NCBI GenBank assembly: GCA_963677895.2
Contig: CAXXGJ010000017.1
Coordinates: 96,001 to 160,000 of the forward strand
Direction of reading: 5' to 3'
Origin: Treponemataceae bacterium
GTDB lineage: Bacteria; Spirochaetota; Spirochaetia; Treponematales; Rectinemataceae
DNA: 64,000 nt
Of this stretch, positions 28,912 through 38,486 are shown piece by piece. Position numbers and translations under genes: made by a program. The first letter of the stretch is position 1. Each line of letters begins with the position of its first letter. The notes under the pieces were generated by a model. The model searched no databases and had not been told where the DNA came from. It saw nothing but the letters and a program-made list of their open reading frames with translations.

Positions 28912-29712
28912 ATGAAAAACGAGAAAATCGGCTATATCGCCCTCGACATGGACGGCACCATACTCGACAAAAACTATGTCCTCTCCGCTGCCGTAAGGGA
29001 CACGCTCATCGCCTGCCGCGCGATAGGCAAAAAAGTAATCATATCGACCGGCCGCGTTTTCGCTTCCGCGAACAAGCATATCTCCGCTCTTGGCGGAGTC
29101 GACGGTTTCGTCTGCTCGAATGGCGCCGATGTCTATGACGGCGAGGGCCTGTTGATCGCGCAGACGCATATGGACGATGGACTCTCCCGTCGGTTTGTCG
29201 AAATTGCCCGCGCCTGCGACTCGCATTTTCATGCCTTTATCGGCGACAGCTGGTATTATGAACGGGAGAAGGCCTATACCCAGTTCTATATCAAGCGATC
29301 GGGTCTCGAGGGAAACCATGTGGATTTCGACAATATCGAAAGACTTTCTTTCACAAAATGCATGTTCCTAGACGATCACGAAAAGCTCGAAATCATAAGG
29401 GAAAAGATCGAGGCGACGATGAGCGGCAGCGCCCAGGTCATGTATTCCGCTCCCTTCATGCTCGAGGTTGTCGTGAACGGGGTGAGCAAGGCATCGGGGC
29501 TGCGGGCCTGCGTAGGCCATTGGGGCGGCAGCCTGGACCAAGTCATCGCCTTCGGCGACGCGGGCAACGACGAAGACATGCTCCTCGCCGCGGCGGTCGG
29601 GGTGGCTATGGGCAATGCTTCCGATGAACTGAAAGCCAAGGTCGATGCCGTGGCTCCTTCGGTCGACGAAGATGGCGTCGCGGTGTTTTTAAAGGATTTT
29701 TTCGATCTTTAG
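28912..29712 (+). CDS. Cof-type HAD-IIB hydrolase
   Basis: DMDGT, STGR, SNGA, VSK and AFGDAGND motifs. Confidence 0.92.
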   Translation: MKNEKIGYIALDMDGTILDKNYVLSAAVRDTLIACRAIGKKVIISTGRVFASANKHISALGGVDGFVCSNGADVYDGEGLLIAQTHMDDGLSRRFVEIARACDSHFHAFIGDSWYYEREKAYTQFYIKRSGLEGNHVDFDNIERLSFTKCMFLDDHEKLEIIREKIEATMSGSAQVMYSAPFMLEVVVNGVSKASGLRACVGHWGGSLDQVIAFGDAGNDEDMLLAAAVGVAMGNASDELKAKVDAVAPSVDEDGVAVFLKDFFDL

Positions 29713-29841
29713 CTTACGCCGAACCTTAATTTTCTCGCCTTGATTTCATCCTTGACCCTTCGAGCCTGTCTTGGATATCATTGCGGCGTTGCGCGGCCAC
29801 GCGGCGTCCTCAAGACGGCTTGCGTTCCCGCTTTTCGACGA

Positions 29842-29927
29842 GCCGGGGTGGTGGAATTGGCAGACACCAGGGACTTAAAATCCCTTGCTGTGCAAACGGC
29901 GTGCGGGTTCGAGACCCGTCCCCGGCA
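29842..29927 (+). tRNA. tRNA-Leu (TAA)
   Basis: Acceptor stem GCCGGGG/CCCCGGC, anticodon arm AGGGA-CTTAAAA-TCCCT, long variable arm, GGTTCGAG; upstream TTGACC-N18-TATCAT. Confidence 0.95.
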
Positions 29928-29972
29928 TTTTAAGATGTACGGTTTCTTTGACGGTTCTCGCGGGGGGAAGGC

Positions 29973-30563
29973 ATGAATCCTGATCTGTTGCCCATGATTT
30001 CCTATATTTTCATCACAACGTTCACCCCCGGGCCCAACAATCTTTCATCGGCCGCCGCGGGCATCAAGGTCGGACTCAGGCGAACGCTGCCTTACCTCTT
30101 CGGGATTTCCTCGGGCTTTTTTTGCGTCCTGGCGAGTTCAGGATTGTTCAGCGTCTTCCTGCGCACGCGCTATTCGGCGCTAGCTCCCTATCTCAAATGG
30201 CTGGGGTTTTCCTACATGCTCTGGCTTGCTGTATCGCCGTTCATAAAGCACAAGTCCGCCGGCCTGAAAGACGTCAGCTATTCCTACCCTACCGGACTCC
30301 TCCTCCAGATCGTCAATCCCAAGTCGATCCTCTATGGAATAACCATTTACGCTTCTTTTTTCGATTTGCTTGCAGGCAGCGTTCCCAGAGTCCTCTTTTC
30401 CGCTTTCCTGCTGACGATCGTCGGTTTCGTCTCGATCCTCACATGGACGCTGGCCGGCACCGGCCTGACAAAAATCCTCAAAGGCCCGAAAAGCGAGCTT
30501 ATTTTCAATGTCGGCATGGGAATATTATTGATTTACTCGGCTATTTCCATCGTGTCCCATTAA
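29973..30563 (+). CDS. LysE/RhtB family amino-acid exporter
   Basis: TPGPNN and GLLLQIVNPK motifs; about 6 TM segments. Confidence 0.88.
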   Translation: MNPDLLPMISYIFITTFTPGPNNLSSAAAGIKVGLRRTLPYLFGISSGFFCVLASSGLFSVFLRTRYSALAPYLKWLGFSYMLWLAVSPFIKHKSAGLKDVSYSYPTGLLLQIVNPKSILYGITIYASFFDLLAGSVPRVLFSAFLLTIVGFVSILTWTLAGTGLTKILKGPKSELIFNVGMGILLIYSAISIVSH

Positions 30564-30645
30564 TGATTTCGCCGTCCGCACGGTGAAGCCGTCTGCGGCG
30601 ACCGCCAGCGGCAGCCGCTTCGGCCGTATAGACGGATCGCCCGAT

Positions 30646-31071
30646 TTATCGGCAGGCCAGCTCGTCCATCCTGCGCAGACGCCGCGAGAGGTCCCTCGCG
30701 AGGTTCATCACCAGAAGGGAAAAAGCCTTGAGGTCAACCTTGGATATTTCGTAAAGAGCGCGGTTGGAGATGGTGACGACTTCGAGGGGTTCCTGGGCGA
30801 TTATGGTGGCGATGCTGGGCATGACGTCGATGAGTTCCATTTCACCGAAGGTTTCGCCCTCGCCCAGTTCAGCGATGACGATGCCTTGCTTGGAGACGCT
30901 CACGCGCCCGCCGATGATGAAGAAGATTTTATCGTTGGGATCGCCCTCGCGCATGGGCATATCGTCGGCATCGTAGCGGGCATATCCGAAAAGCGGCTTG
31001 ATCCGCTCAATCTGTTCGGGCAGCACGCCGCCGAACAGGGAATATTTCTGCAGTGCGTTAGTGTCGATCAT
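30646..31071 (-). CDS. Stand-alone cyclic-nucleotide-binding domain protein
   Basis: LFGG, REGD...FFIIGGRV and GETFGEMEL; no HTH. Confidence 0.85.
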   Translation of the reverse strand: MIDTNALQKYSLFGGVLPEQIERIKPLFGYARYDADDMPMREGDPNDKIFFIIGGRVSVSKQGIVIAELGEGETFGEMELIDVMPSIATIIAQEPLEVVTISNRALYEISKVDLKAFSLLVMNLARDLSRRLRRMDELACR

Positions 31072-31202
31072 CGCTCCCCTCAGTTCCATTATACCTCATC
31101 CTATGCATTTTTGTGGATAATTTTACCGCTTTGGCAAAATTGAAGGTGGAGCGCCCCGATTCAGGTCTCGACGGGTTCAGCAACCGTCCGGTCCGTCCGT
31201 GT

Positions 31203-32144
31203 TCAGGCCTTGCCGCGGCGGTTGGCGATGCCGAAGGGGACATGGACGCAGGCGGCCATGGGACCGGCCCCTTCGAGATGGCTCAGCTGATCGTCGAAAA
31301 ACAGGTGAGGTTTGAAGACTTCGAGAATCCTGCGTTTTTCGATGCCGCCCAGGAAAAATATTTCATCGGTAAAAATGCCCCAGCTTTTGAGGGTATTGAT
31401 GACGCGTTCATGGGCGGGGGCGTTCCGGGCGGTGATGATCGCCGTCCTCACGGCCGTCCTGTTTCCGGAATCCTGGCCGAGGTCCATGCGCTGATGCTTC
31501 TGGAGGGCTGCGAGCTTTTCGAAAAATGTCTTCATGGGACCGGGATCGAGGGGATTGTCGGCATTGCGGAGTTCGGCGTCGGCGAAGGCTTCGCGGCCTC
31601 CGGGCGAGCGGTACAGACGCTCGGCCTCGTCGTCCGCGATTACGCCGTCGAAATCGAAGGCCACCCTGAGTTCGCCTTCTTCGTCCTCGCCGAAGCCTGA
31701 GGACATGATGAGTCCCGCGGGCAGGCCCGCTTCGATGGCTGAGCGCACGTCCCCGGGGTTCGCCGAAAGAAACAGGGAGGCGTTGAAGGCGGAAATATAG
31801 GGATAGGGGGAGCGGCCGTCCAGGAAAGCCGCCCGGACGATGTCGAGATCGTAATGGCGTATGGTTTTGAATACGCGAATGCCCGCCTCGGGGTCGTTGC
31901 GCGACAGAAGCACGACTTCGGCGGGACCTTCGCCCTGCGCAAATCCTTTGTTGAGCGAAAGAAAGCGGCGTATGAACCAGAACGCGTTGCCCCGCTCCAG
32001 CGGCTCGTCGCTCCGGGCGTTCATCCATTCGCGGTATTCGTCGTCGCCCCGCGTCCTGAATATCTCGTCGGAGGCCGTGAGGTCGAAGAGAGCGCTCGAC
32101 GAGACCGCGATGACGATCTTGCTTTCAATAGGATACGGCATCAA
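31203..32144 (-). CDS. 5'-nucleotidase (cN-I-like HAD family)
   Basis: IAVSSSALFDL, LLSRNDP, LRVAFDFDGV, ITARNAPAHER, FFLGG and PHLFFDDQ. Confidence 0.9.
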   Translation of the reverse strand: MMPYPIESKIVIAVSSSALFDLTASDEIFRTRGDDEYREWMNARSDEPLERGNAFWFIRRFLSLNKGFAQGEGPAEVVLLSRNDPEAGIRVFKTIRHYDLDIVRAAFLDGRSPYPYISAFNASLFLSANPGDVRSAIEAGLPAGLIMSSGFGEDEEGELRVAFDFDGVIADDEAERLYRSPGGREAFADAELRNADNPLDPGPMKTFFEKLAALQKHQRMDLGQDSGNRTAVRTAIITARNAPAHERVINTLKSWGIFTDEIFFLGGIEKRRILEVFKPHLFFDDQLSHLEGAGPMAACVHVPFGIANRRGKA

Positions 32145-32163
32145 GCGCTCTCCTTGGACTTGT

Positions 32164-33117
32164 TCACCTCTTGCCCGAATCGTAAATCTCGCCCGAAGCC
32201 TTGGGGCCGACGGATTTTCCGGCGAAGATGATGAGGGCGACGATGGTCAGCACATAAGGAAGCATATAGAAAAATTCAATGGGTGTGCTGGCGAGGAAAC
32301 TGATGTCCTTGGCATAGAAGGATAGAGCCGTGGAGAATCCGAAGAAAAGTCCCGCGCCCAAAACACCGAAGGGATTCCACTTGCCGAAGACCAGGGACGC
32401 GAGGGCGATGAAGCCTGTTCCATGGATCGACACCAGTGTGTACTGGATATCGGCTGTCAGTACCATGATGCCGCCGGCAAGTCCGCCGAGGGCTCCCGAG
32501 GCGAGGACACCGATATAGCGCATACGCTCTACATTGATGCCCATGCTCGCCGCCGCCTGTGGGTTCTCGCCGCAAGAACGCATCCTCAGACCGAAGCGCG
32601 TCTTGTAGACGACGAACCATGTCAGGAGAACGATGACCATCGCGAGATAGAAGGTCGGATAGGTATTCTTGAAGAACATTCCGCCGATTACGGGAATTTG
32701 AGAGAGTCCCGGGACTGTGAACTTCTGAATTCCGTTGGAGAAGGTTTTCGAGCGCTGCATATGAAAGATGATCTGACAGAGGTACACCGTCAGTCCGCCG
32801 GCGAGGATGTTGAGGGCGGTTCCGGAAATAGTCTGATTCGCCTTGAGGTTGATGCTCGCGAAGGCGTGGAGGAGGCTAAAGAGCATGCCGGCCAGAAGCG
32901 CCACGAGAAGGCCGATCCAGGGCGCCAGCGGCGTCGAACTTTCCAGGAGAACGGTGACCGTCGCCGCCGCGAAAGCGCCAATCATCATGATGCCCTCGAG
33001 AGCGATATTGACTATCCCTGATCGCTCGCTGAAGAGGCCGCCCAGCGCCGTGATGATGATGGGCGAGGCGAACATCATGGCTATCGGGAACATTTCCAGA
33101 ATTATCTTGAAGCTCAT
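32164..33117 (-). CDS. Nucleoside ABC transporter permease (NupQ-like)
   Basis: LGGLFSERSGIVNIALEG, GLRMRSCGENP and GFIALA...FGKWNP. Confidence 0.9.
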   Translation of the reverse strand: MSFKIILEMFPIAMMFASPIIITALGGLFSERSGIVNIALEGIMMIGAFAAATVTVLLESSTPLAPWIGLLVALLAGMLFSLLHAFASINLKANQTISGTALNILAGGLTVYLCQIIFHMQRSKTFSNGIQKFTVPGLSQIPVIGGMFFKNTYPTFYLAMVIVLLTWFVVYKTRFGLRMRSCGENPQAAASMGINVERMRYIGVLASGALGGLAGGIMVLTADIQYTLVSIHGTGFIALASLVFGKWNPFGVLGAGLFFGFSTALSFYAKDISFLASTPIEFFYMLPYVLTIVALIIFAGKSVGPKASGEIYDSGKR

Positions 33118-34211
33118 ACCCTGTCCCCCTCGGCGACAGCCTCATGTTTTTTTCGCGCGATCTTGTCGATGACCATTTTTATCCCGTACTGCATAGCGAC
33201 GAAGAGCACGATGGAGGCCTGGATTATGCCCGCGATCTCGCGCGGGATGCCCTGGACCTGCATGAGGGGCTGGGCTGATTTCAGAGCGCCGAATAGCATG
33301 CCCGCGAGCAGGATGCCGAGCGCCTCGTTGCCTCCTACCAGGGCCACGGCGATTCCGTCGAAGCCATAACCCTCGGCCGCCGAGATGACACGGCCGAAAT
33401 TGAAGGTGCCCGTCGTGATGATCGCTCCGGCCAGTCCCGCGAAGGCGCCCGCTATCATGAGCGAGGACACGATATTGCGGTTCACCTTCATGCCCGCGTA
33501 GCGCGCCGCTTCCTTGTTGAAGCCCACGGCCCTGAGCGAATATCCGAAGGTGGTCTTGTTGATGATGAAGGAGAAGAGTAGCACCGCCAGAAGCACGGGA
33601 ATGAAGCCCCAGTTGAGGCGGGAGCCTCTCGTGATGCTCTCCAGGAATGGCGATTCCAGGAGGGCGCTCTGCGGGAAGAAGGGCGTCTTCACCCTATCGG
33701 TCGAGCCAAAAACGTTGAGGATCATGAAATTGTTGAGGTAGAGGCCCACATAGTTGAGCATGATGGTGACGGTGACTTCGTGTACGTTGAATTTCGCCTT
33801 GAGAATGCCTGGTATGGCTCCCCACAGGGCGCCGGCCATGGCCGCCGAAAGAAGGATCACCGGAACATGGATGAAGGCCGGCGCCTTGATGTAGAGCGCG
33901 GCGGCGCTCGCCGCCATCGAGCCTATCATCAGCTGTCCTTCGGCGCCGATGCTGAAAAGCCCTGTGCGCGAGGCGAAGGCGAAGGACAGGCCGGTCAGGA
34001 TGATCGGCATCGACTGGACGATAAACTCGCCGATGTATCTTGTGTTGATCGGATTGCCGTTGACGATGTCGATGCCCGAGATTCCCTTTATGAGGGCGGT
34101 GAACATCGACAGCACCGACCGGCCGGTCAGCATCACGATTATGGAACCCAGAAGGAATCCCAGGAAAATTGCTATCAGCGGCAACACTAACTTTTCGCTG
34201 CGCTTGGTCAT
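33114..34211 (-). CDS. Nucleoside ABC transporter permease (NupP-like)
   Basis: GLFSIGAEGQ, HEVTVTIMLNY and GFDGIAVAL. Confidence 0.9.
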   Translation of the reverse strand: MTKRSEKLVLPLIAIFLGFLLGSIIVMLTGRSVLSMFTALIKGISGIDIVNGNPINTRYIGEFIVQSMPIILTGLSFAFASRTGLFSIGAEGQLMIGSMAASAAALYIKAPAFIHVPVILLSAAMAGALWGAIPGILKAKFNVHEVTVTIMLNYVGLYLNNFMILNVFGSTDRVKTPFFPQSALLESPFLESITRGSRLNWGFIPVLLAVLLFSFIINKTTFGYSLRAVGFNKEAARYAGMKVNRNIVSSLMIAGAFAGLAGAIITTGTFNFGRVISAAEGYGFDGIAVALVGGNEALGILLAGMLFGALKSAQPLMQVQGIPREIAGIIQASIVLFVAMQYGIKMVIDKIARKKHEAVAEGDRV

Positions 34212-35764
34212 GCCTGCCCCCGAACCGCTTCTTTCTGCGAGCTATGCTCAGTTTTGCGCAATGAACCGGACATCATGAGTCCCAGCTCATTTTCATCGGC
34301 CGTCTTCGCGTCGACCGTTCCCACGATCTCGCCACGTGAGATGACGGCGATCCTGTCCGAAACGTCCATAATCTCGTCCAACTCCAGAGAGACGAGGAGA
34401 ACCGCCTTGCCCTTGTCACGCTCGGCCACGATCCGTTTGTGGATGTACTCGATCGCGCCCACGTCCAGGCCCCGCGTCGGCTGGGCGATCACGAACACAT
34501 CGGGAGAATGGTCGATCTCGCGAGCGACGATGGCCTTCTGCTGGTTGCCGCCCGACATCGAGCGGGCCGGCGTGTCGCCGCCCTCCCCCGATCGTACGTC
34601 GAATTCCTTTATAAGCCTGTCCGCGTTCAGCCGTATCGCCTTCTTGTCGAGGATGCCCCAATGCGCGAAGGGTTTTTCATGGTAATTGTGTAGGACGAAA
34701 TTCTCGCCGAGGCTGAAATCGAGGACGAGCCCGTGGAGCTGTCTGTCCTCGGGAATATGGCCGATGCCCAGATCGGTCTTCTGTTTTATTGAAAGGTGCG
34801 TTATGTCCTTATCATGTAGATAGATATGGCCAGATTCGACCTTCGCGAGGCCGGTGATGGCCTGCACGAGCTCTGTCTGGCCATTCCCGTCTATGCCGCA
34901 GATGCCGAGTATCTCGCCTCCGCGGAGTTCGAAGGACAGGTTCTTTACGCCGGGCAGGCCCCTATTGTTCCGCACGTTCAGGTTTTCGACCCTGAGGAAG
35001 ACATCGCCCGGTTTCGCGGCATCCTTGGCGACATGGAAGTTGACCTCGCGGCCGACCATCATCTCCGCCATCCGCTCTTCGCTCGTGTTCTCGACCTTCA
35101 CCGTATCGACGAGCCTGCCGCGCCTGAGGACGGTGCAGACGTCGGCGACTTCCTTGATTTCCTTCAGTTTGTGGCTGATTAGGATGATGGTCTTCCCCTC
35201 GTGGACGAGGCGGCGCATGATCTGCATCAGCTCCTTGATTTCCTGCGGGGTGAGCACCGCTGTCGGCTCGTCGAATATGAGGATGTCGGCGTCGCGGTAC
35301 AGCATTTTCAGGATTTCAACCCGCTGTTGCATGCCGACGGAGATGTCTTCGATTTTTGCCTTCGGGTCGACGGACAATCCATATAGTTTGGAAATGGACT
35401 CGACCTTGCTTTCGGCTTGCCTGATATCGACGATCGGTCCCCTGTGCGGTTCCATGCCGAGGATGATGTTTTCCGTAACCGTGAAATTGTGGACGAGCTT
35501 GAAGTGCTGATGGACCATTCCGATGCCCAGCTCCGTGGCGGCGTTCGGATCGTTGATAGTCACTTCCTTGCCATTTATCCGTATCGTGCCTGAATCAGGC
35601 CGGTAGAGTCCAAACAGGATACTCATCAACGTGGATTTTCCGGCGCCATTCTCCCCGAGAAGGGCATGAATGCTCCGCTCTTCCACCTGGAGAGTCACAT
35701 CGTCATTGGCTTTGATGCCGGGGAAATTCTTGGTGATATTAAGCATCTCGACGATATATCCCAC
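34208..35764 (-). CDS. Nucleoside/sugar ABC transporter ATP-binding protein (two ATPase domains)
   Basis: GENGAGKST, DEPTAVLTPQE, SGGNQQK and QPTRGLD; GTG start with GAGG RBS. Confidence 0.92.
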   Translation of the reverse strand: MGYIVEMLNITKNFPGIKANDDVTLQVEERSIHALLGENGAGKSTLMSILFGLYRPDSGTIRINGKEVTINDPNAATELGIGMVHQHFKLVHNFTVTENIILGMEPHRGPIVDIRQAESKVESISKLYGLSVDPKAKIEDISVGMQQRVEILKMLYRDADILIFDEPTAVLTPQEIKELMQIMRRLVHEGKTIILISHKLKEIKEVADVCTVLRRGRLVDTVKVENTSEERMAEMMVGREVNFHVAKDAAKPGDVFLRVENLNVRNNRGLPGVKNLSFELRGGEILGICGIDGNGQTELVQAITGLAKVESGHIYLHDKDITHLSIKQKTDLGIGHIPEDRQLHGLVLDFSLGENFVLHNYHEKPFAHWGILDKKAIRLNADRLIKEFDVRSGEGGDTPARSMSGGNQQKAIVAREIDHSPDVFVIAQPTRGLDVGAIEYIHKRIVAERDKGKAVLLVSLELDEIMDVSDRIAVISRGEIVGTVDAKTADENELGLMMSGSLRKTEHSSQKEAVRGQA

Positions 35765-35862
35765 CGCTCGCCCCCTCGAAAAATTGTAATAGGGAATAAT
35801 AGCACAACAGCGTAATTCCTGACTATGAGCAAAATGGCCGGACGGAAAAATCCTCACGGAAC

Positions 35863-35901
35863 AAAAAAAGGGCTGGCCGAGAATCGCTTCTCGGCCAGCC
35901 C
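35863..35901 (-). terminator. Intrinsic terminator downstream of the BMP gene
   Basis: 14-bp perfect stem GGGCTGGCCGAGAA/TTCTCGGCCAGCCC followed by T7 on the minus strand. Confidence 0.85.
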
Positions 35902-35943
35902 CAAAAGCCTGTCCGCTACCAGGCGCAGGCTTGCGAAAAATCC

Positions 35944-36999
35944 TTACTTTGCGGGAACTTCGGAAACCTTGAGGGCGCCGGAGGCAATCTTGGCTTCGAA
36001 TCCTTCCACCGCTTTGACGATATCGCTGGAAAGGTTGGGGTTCTTGTCGGGGAGGCCAACGCCCTGGTTGGCGACATTGAATACCAAGGTCTGTCCGCCG
36101 GGGAATTTTCCGGCCATCGTCAGCTTGCAGACTTCGTAGGCGGCTACGTCAACGCGTTTCATCATCGAGGTGAGAACCGCGGACTTGTTGCCGTAGAGAC
36201 CGTCGGCATACTGGTCTTTATCGACGCCGATGCCCCATTTCTCCTCGCCCTTCTGCTGGCGCTCCTTGGCTTCCTTGATCATGCCGTTGCCCGTTCCGCC
36301 CGCGGCGTGGAAGATTATGAAAGCGCCTTTGTTGAACTGTTTCTGGGCAATAGCCTGTCCCTTGTCGGGGGCGGCGAAATCGCCCGCGTAGTCGACGAGA
36401 ATCGTGAACTTTCCGCCATCGGCCACGAGTGACATATCGGCCTGGCGTTTCCAGGATTTGTATTCGGGAAGAGCGGCCTGAATTCCCTGCTCAAAACCGG
36501 CCTGGAATTTCTCGATGAGATAGAACTGCATTCCGCCAAGGAAACCGACGATGTTCTGTCCGGCCGCTTTGGCTTTGAGAGCCGTCGCCACGCCGACGAG
36601 GAAGGAACCTTCATGCTCGGCGAAGGAAGCGCTTACGACGTTTGGCTTCGGGACCGCGGAGTCGATGATGAGGAACTTGCGCGTGGGATAGTTGGTCGCC
36701 ACGTCGGTGATGGCTTTCTCGAAGAGGAATCCGGCCGCTATGACGATGTTGACGTTCTCATCGGCAAAAGCGGAGATATTCGGTACATAATCGGCTTCAG
36801 CCGATGACTGCAGGTACTTATAGTTGCTCTTCGGAAGTTTGTTGTCTTTAGCAAAGCGAAGGACGCCTTCCCATGTTCCCTGATTGAACGATTTATCATC
36901 GATGCCGCCGGTATCGGTGACGAAACCAATCTTGAACTGCGCGAAAGCGGGGGCTGCCACGAGAGCAGCAATGAGAAGCACAAACAATGCTTTTTTCAT
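35944..36999 (-). CDS. BMP-family (PnrA/TmpC-like) nucleoside-binding protein
   Basis: VTDTGGIDDKSFNQ, FAEHEGSFLVG, HAAGGTG, IGVDKDQ and TSMMKRVD; SPase I-type signal (AFA-Q). Confidence 0.92.
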   Translation of the reverse strand: MKKALFVLLIAALVAAPAFAQFKIGFVTDTGGIDDKSFNQGTWEGVLRFAKDNKLPKSNYKYLQSSAEADYVPNISAFADENVNIVIAAGFLFEKAITDVATNYPTRKFLIIDSAVPKPNVVSASFAEHEGSFLVGVATALKAKAAGQNIVGFLGGMQFYLIEKFQAGFEQGIQAALPEYKSWKRQADMSLVADGGKFTILVDYAGDFAAPDKGQAIAQKQFNKGAFIIFHAAGGTGNGMIKEAKERQQKGEEKWGIGVDKDQYADGLYGNKSAVLTSMMKRVDVAAYEVCKLTMAGKFPGGQTLVFNVANQGVGLPDKNPNLSSDIVKAVEGFEAKIASGALKVSEVPAK

Positions 37000-37071
37000 G
37001 CAAAATCCTCCCTTTAAAAACTAAGGAACGCCTCATTTCCGGTCTCAAAGGCCGGAACAAAGCCCTTAACA

Positions 37072-37100
37072 ATAGTAAGGCTGGGAGCGGGGGTTGTCAA
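37072..37100 (-). promoter_or_regulatory. Sigma70 promoter of the BMP/ABC operon
   Basis: TTGACA-N17-TACTAT on the minus strand. Confidence 0.75.
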
Positions 37101-37136
37101 CGATTTTTTCCTCAGCCCCCGCGTCAATGCCGGATT

Positions 37137-37808
37137 TCAGTAATCGTTTCCGGCGACGATGGAAACTCCCGCCGACGCGCCGATCCTGTCCGCTCCCGCG
37201 TTCAGCATGGCGATGGCGTCAGCCCTGGTCCTGATGCCTCCCGAGGCTTTTATCCTGAGCGCGTCGCCGACGGTCTTGCGCATCAGCACGACATCGTCGA
37301 TGGTGGCGCCCCCCGTGCCGAATCCCGTGCTCGTCTTGACGAAATCGGCGCCCGCGGCCAGAGCCGCCTGGCAGGCTTTCACTTTTTCATCCGCGTTGAG
37401 ATAGCAGGTTTCGATGATCACTTTCACGATGTCGGGTTTCGAGGCCTTCACCACCGCCCTGATGTCCTCTTCGACCGCCTTCCATTCACCGGCCTTGGCT
37501 TTGCCGATATTGATGACCATGTCTATTTCCAGGGCTCCCTGCTTGACGGCCAGGCTCGCCTCGGCAGTCTTAATCTCGGTCGCGTTAGCCCCGAGAGGAA
37601 AGCCGATGACAGTGCAGACGGGGACACCCGATCCGGCCAGTTCGGCGACGCAGAGCGGCACCCAGCCCGGGTTGACGCAGACGCTCGCGAAGCGGTGGGT
37701 TCTGGCTTCGGCGCAGAGTTCGCGTATCGACGTTTCGGTGGCGGTCGCCTTGAGCAGCGTATGATCGATGGTCGCCGCGATATCGGCTGAAGTCCATATC
37801 TTGTCCAT
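37137..37808 (-). CDS. deoC: Deoxyribose-phosphate aldolase
   Basis: [35 protein letters not shown] and KASGGIR. Confidence 0.95.
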   Translation of the reverse strand: MDKIWTSADIAATIDHTLLKATATETSIRELCAEARTHRFASVCVNPGWVPLCVAELAGSGVPVCTVIGFPLGANATEIKTAEASLAVKQGALEIDMVINIGKAKAGEWKAVEEDIRAVVKASKPDIVKVIIETCYLNADEKVKACQAALAAGADFVKTSTGFGTGGATIDDVVLMRKTVGDALRIKASGGIRTRADAIAMLNAGADRIGASAGVSIVAGNDY

Positions 37809-37835
37809 ATTCTTTCTCCTTTGGTGGTTTTTCCT

Positions 37836-38486
37836 TTAAATCTCGAATCTGCGCGCCAAGTATTCGCGCCTCGTCGCCACGAGCTCCTCGAGTTCCGCGA
37901 GCATGCGCGTATCGGCCAGCCTGGCGATCGGATAAACATGATTCTCTGTCTCGTTCGTGTAGCGCTGGACGAAGTTTATGTCGGTGACATAGCCAAGGCT
38001 TATCATATTGGAGATTCTGTCGGCCGATTTGAGCACCTTGGCGCGCATGGAACCGAAATCGCGGATCCTCGCGAGGAAATCGATCTTGTTCTCGATGGGG
38101 CGACGCGTCACTTCCAGCACGAGCCTGTAGACGCCCGCCGATTCGTCGTCTATGGAGAGGATGCTGTCCCTGTCGATCTCGGGCACGTCCTCGATGAGGT
38201 CGTGGATAAGCGATGCCTTGAGGAGCACGGAATCGATGTAGCCATAGTCCATCAGAATGGCCATCGTGTCGAGCTGATGCCTGAACATGTTGCCCCCGCT
38301 TCTTCTCAGCTTGCCGATGAGGCCGGTGGCGAGCTGGATATAGGGCGCGAGGTGCATGTTCTTGAGTCTGAGCATCGCGTCCTCATCCATGGGGACGCTT
38401 TCCGAACGCAGCGGGAGACTGGAATTCTGCATGCCGGGAAAATCCTGGGCATCAAACGGAATACCTGACCTCCCGTCCGAATTCAT
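37836..38486 (-). CDS. HD-domain protein of the RelA/SpoT hydrolase type (small alarmone hydrolase-like)
   Basis: RRSG...FRH, LIHDLIED, EVT and KSADRISNM; no synthetase domain. The real start could be a later Met. Confidence 0.75.
   Translation of the reverse strand: MNSDGRSGIPFDAQDFPGMQNSSLPLRSESVPMDEDAMLRLKNMHLAPYIQLATGLIGKLRRSGGNMFRHQLDTMAILMDYGYIDSVLLKASLIHDLIEDVPEIDRDSILSIDDESAGVYRLVLEVTRRPIENKIDFLARIRDFGSMRAKVLKSADRISNMISLGYVTDINFVQRYTNETENHVYPIARLADTRMLAELEELVATRREYLARRFEI

Noticed and set aside
29928..30563. Integrated element after tRNA-Leu
   Set aside because: Only a LysE gene follows; I saw no duplicated tRNA 3' end or mobility gene.
37000..37071. Purine riboswitch in the BMP 5' UTR
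   Set aside because: Only a short TTCCGG/CCGGAA hairpin is present; the conserved three-way-junction nucleotides are not evident.
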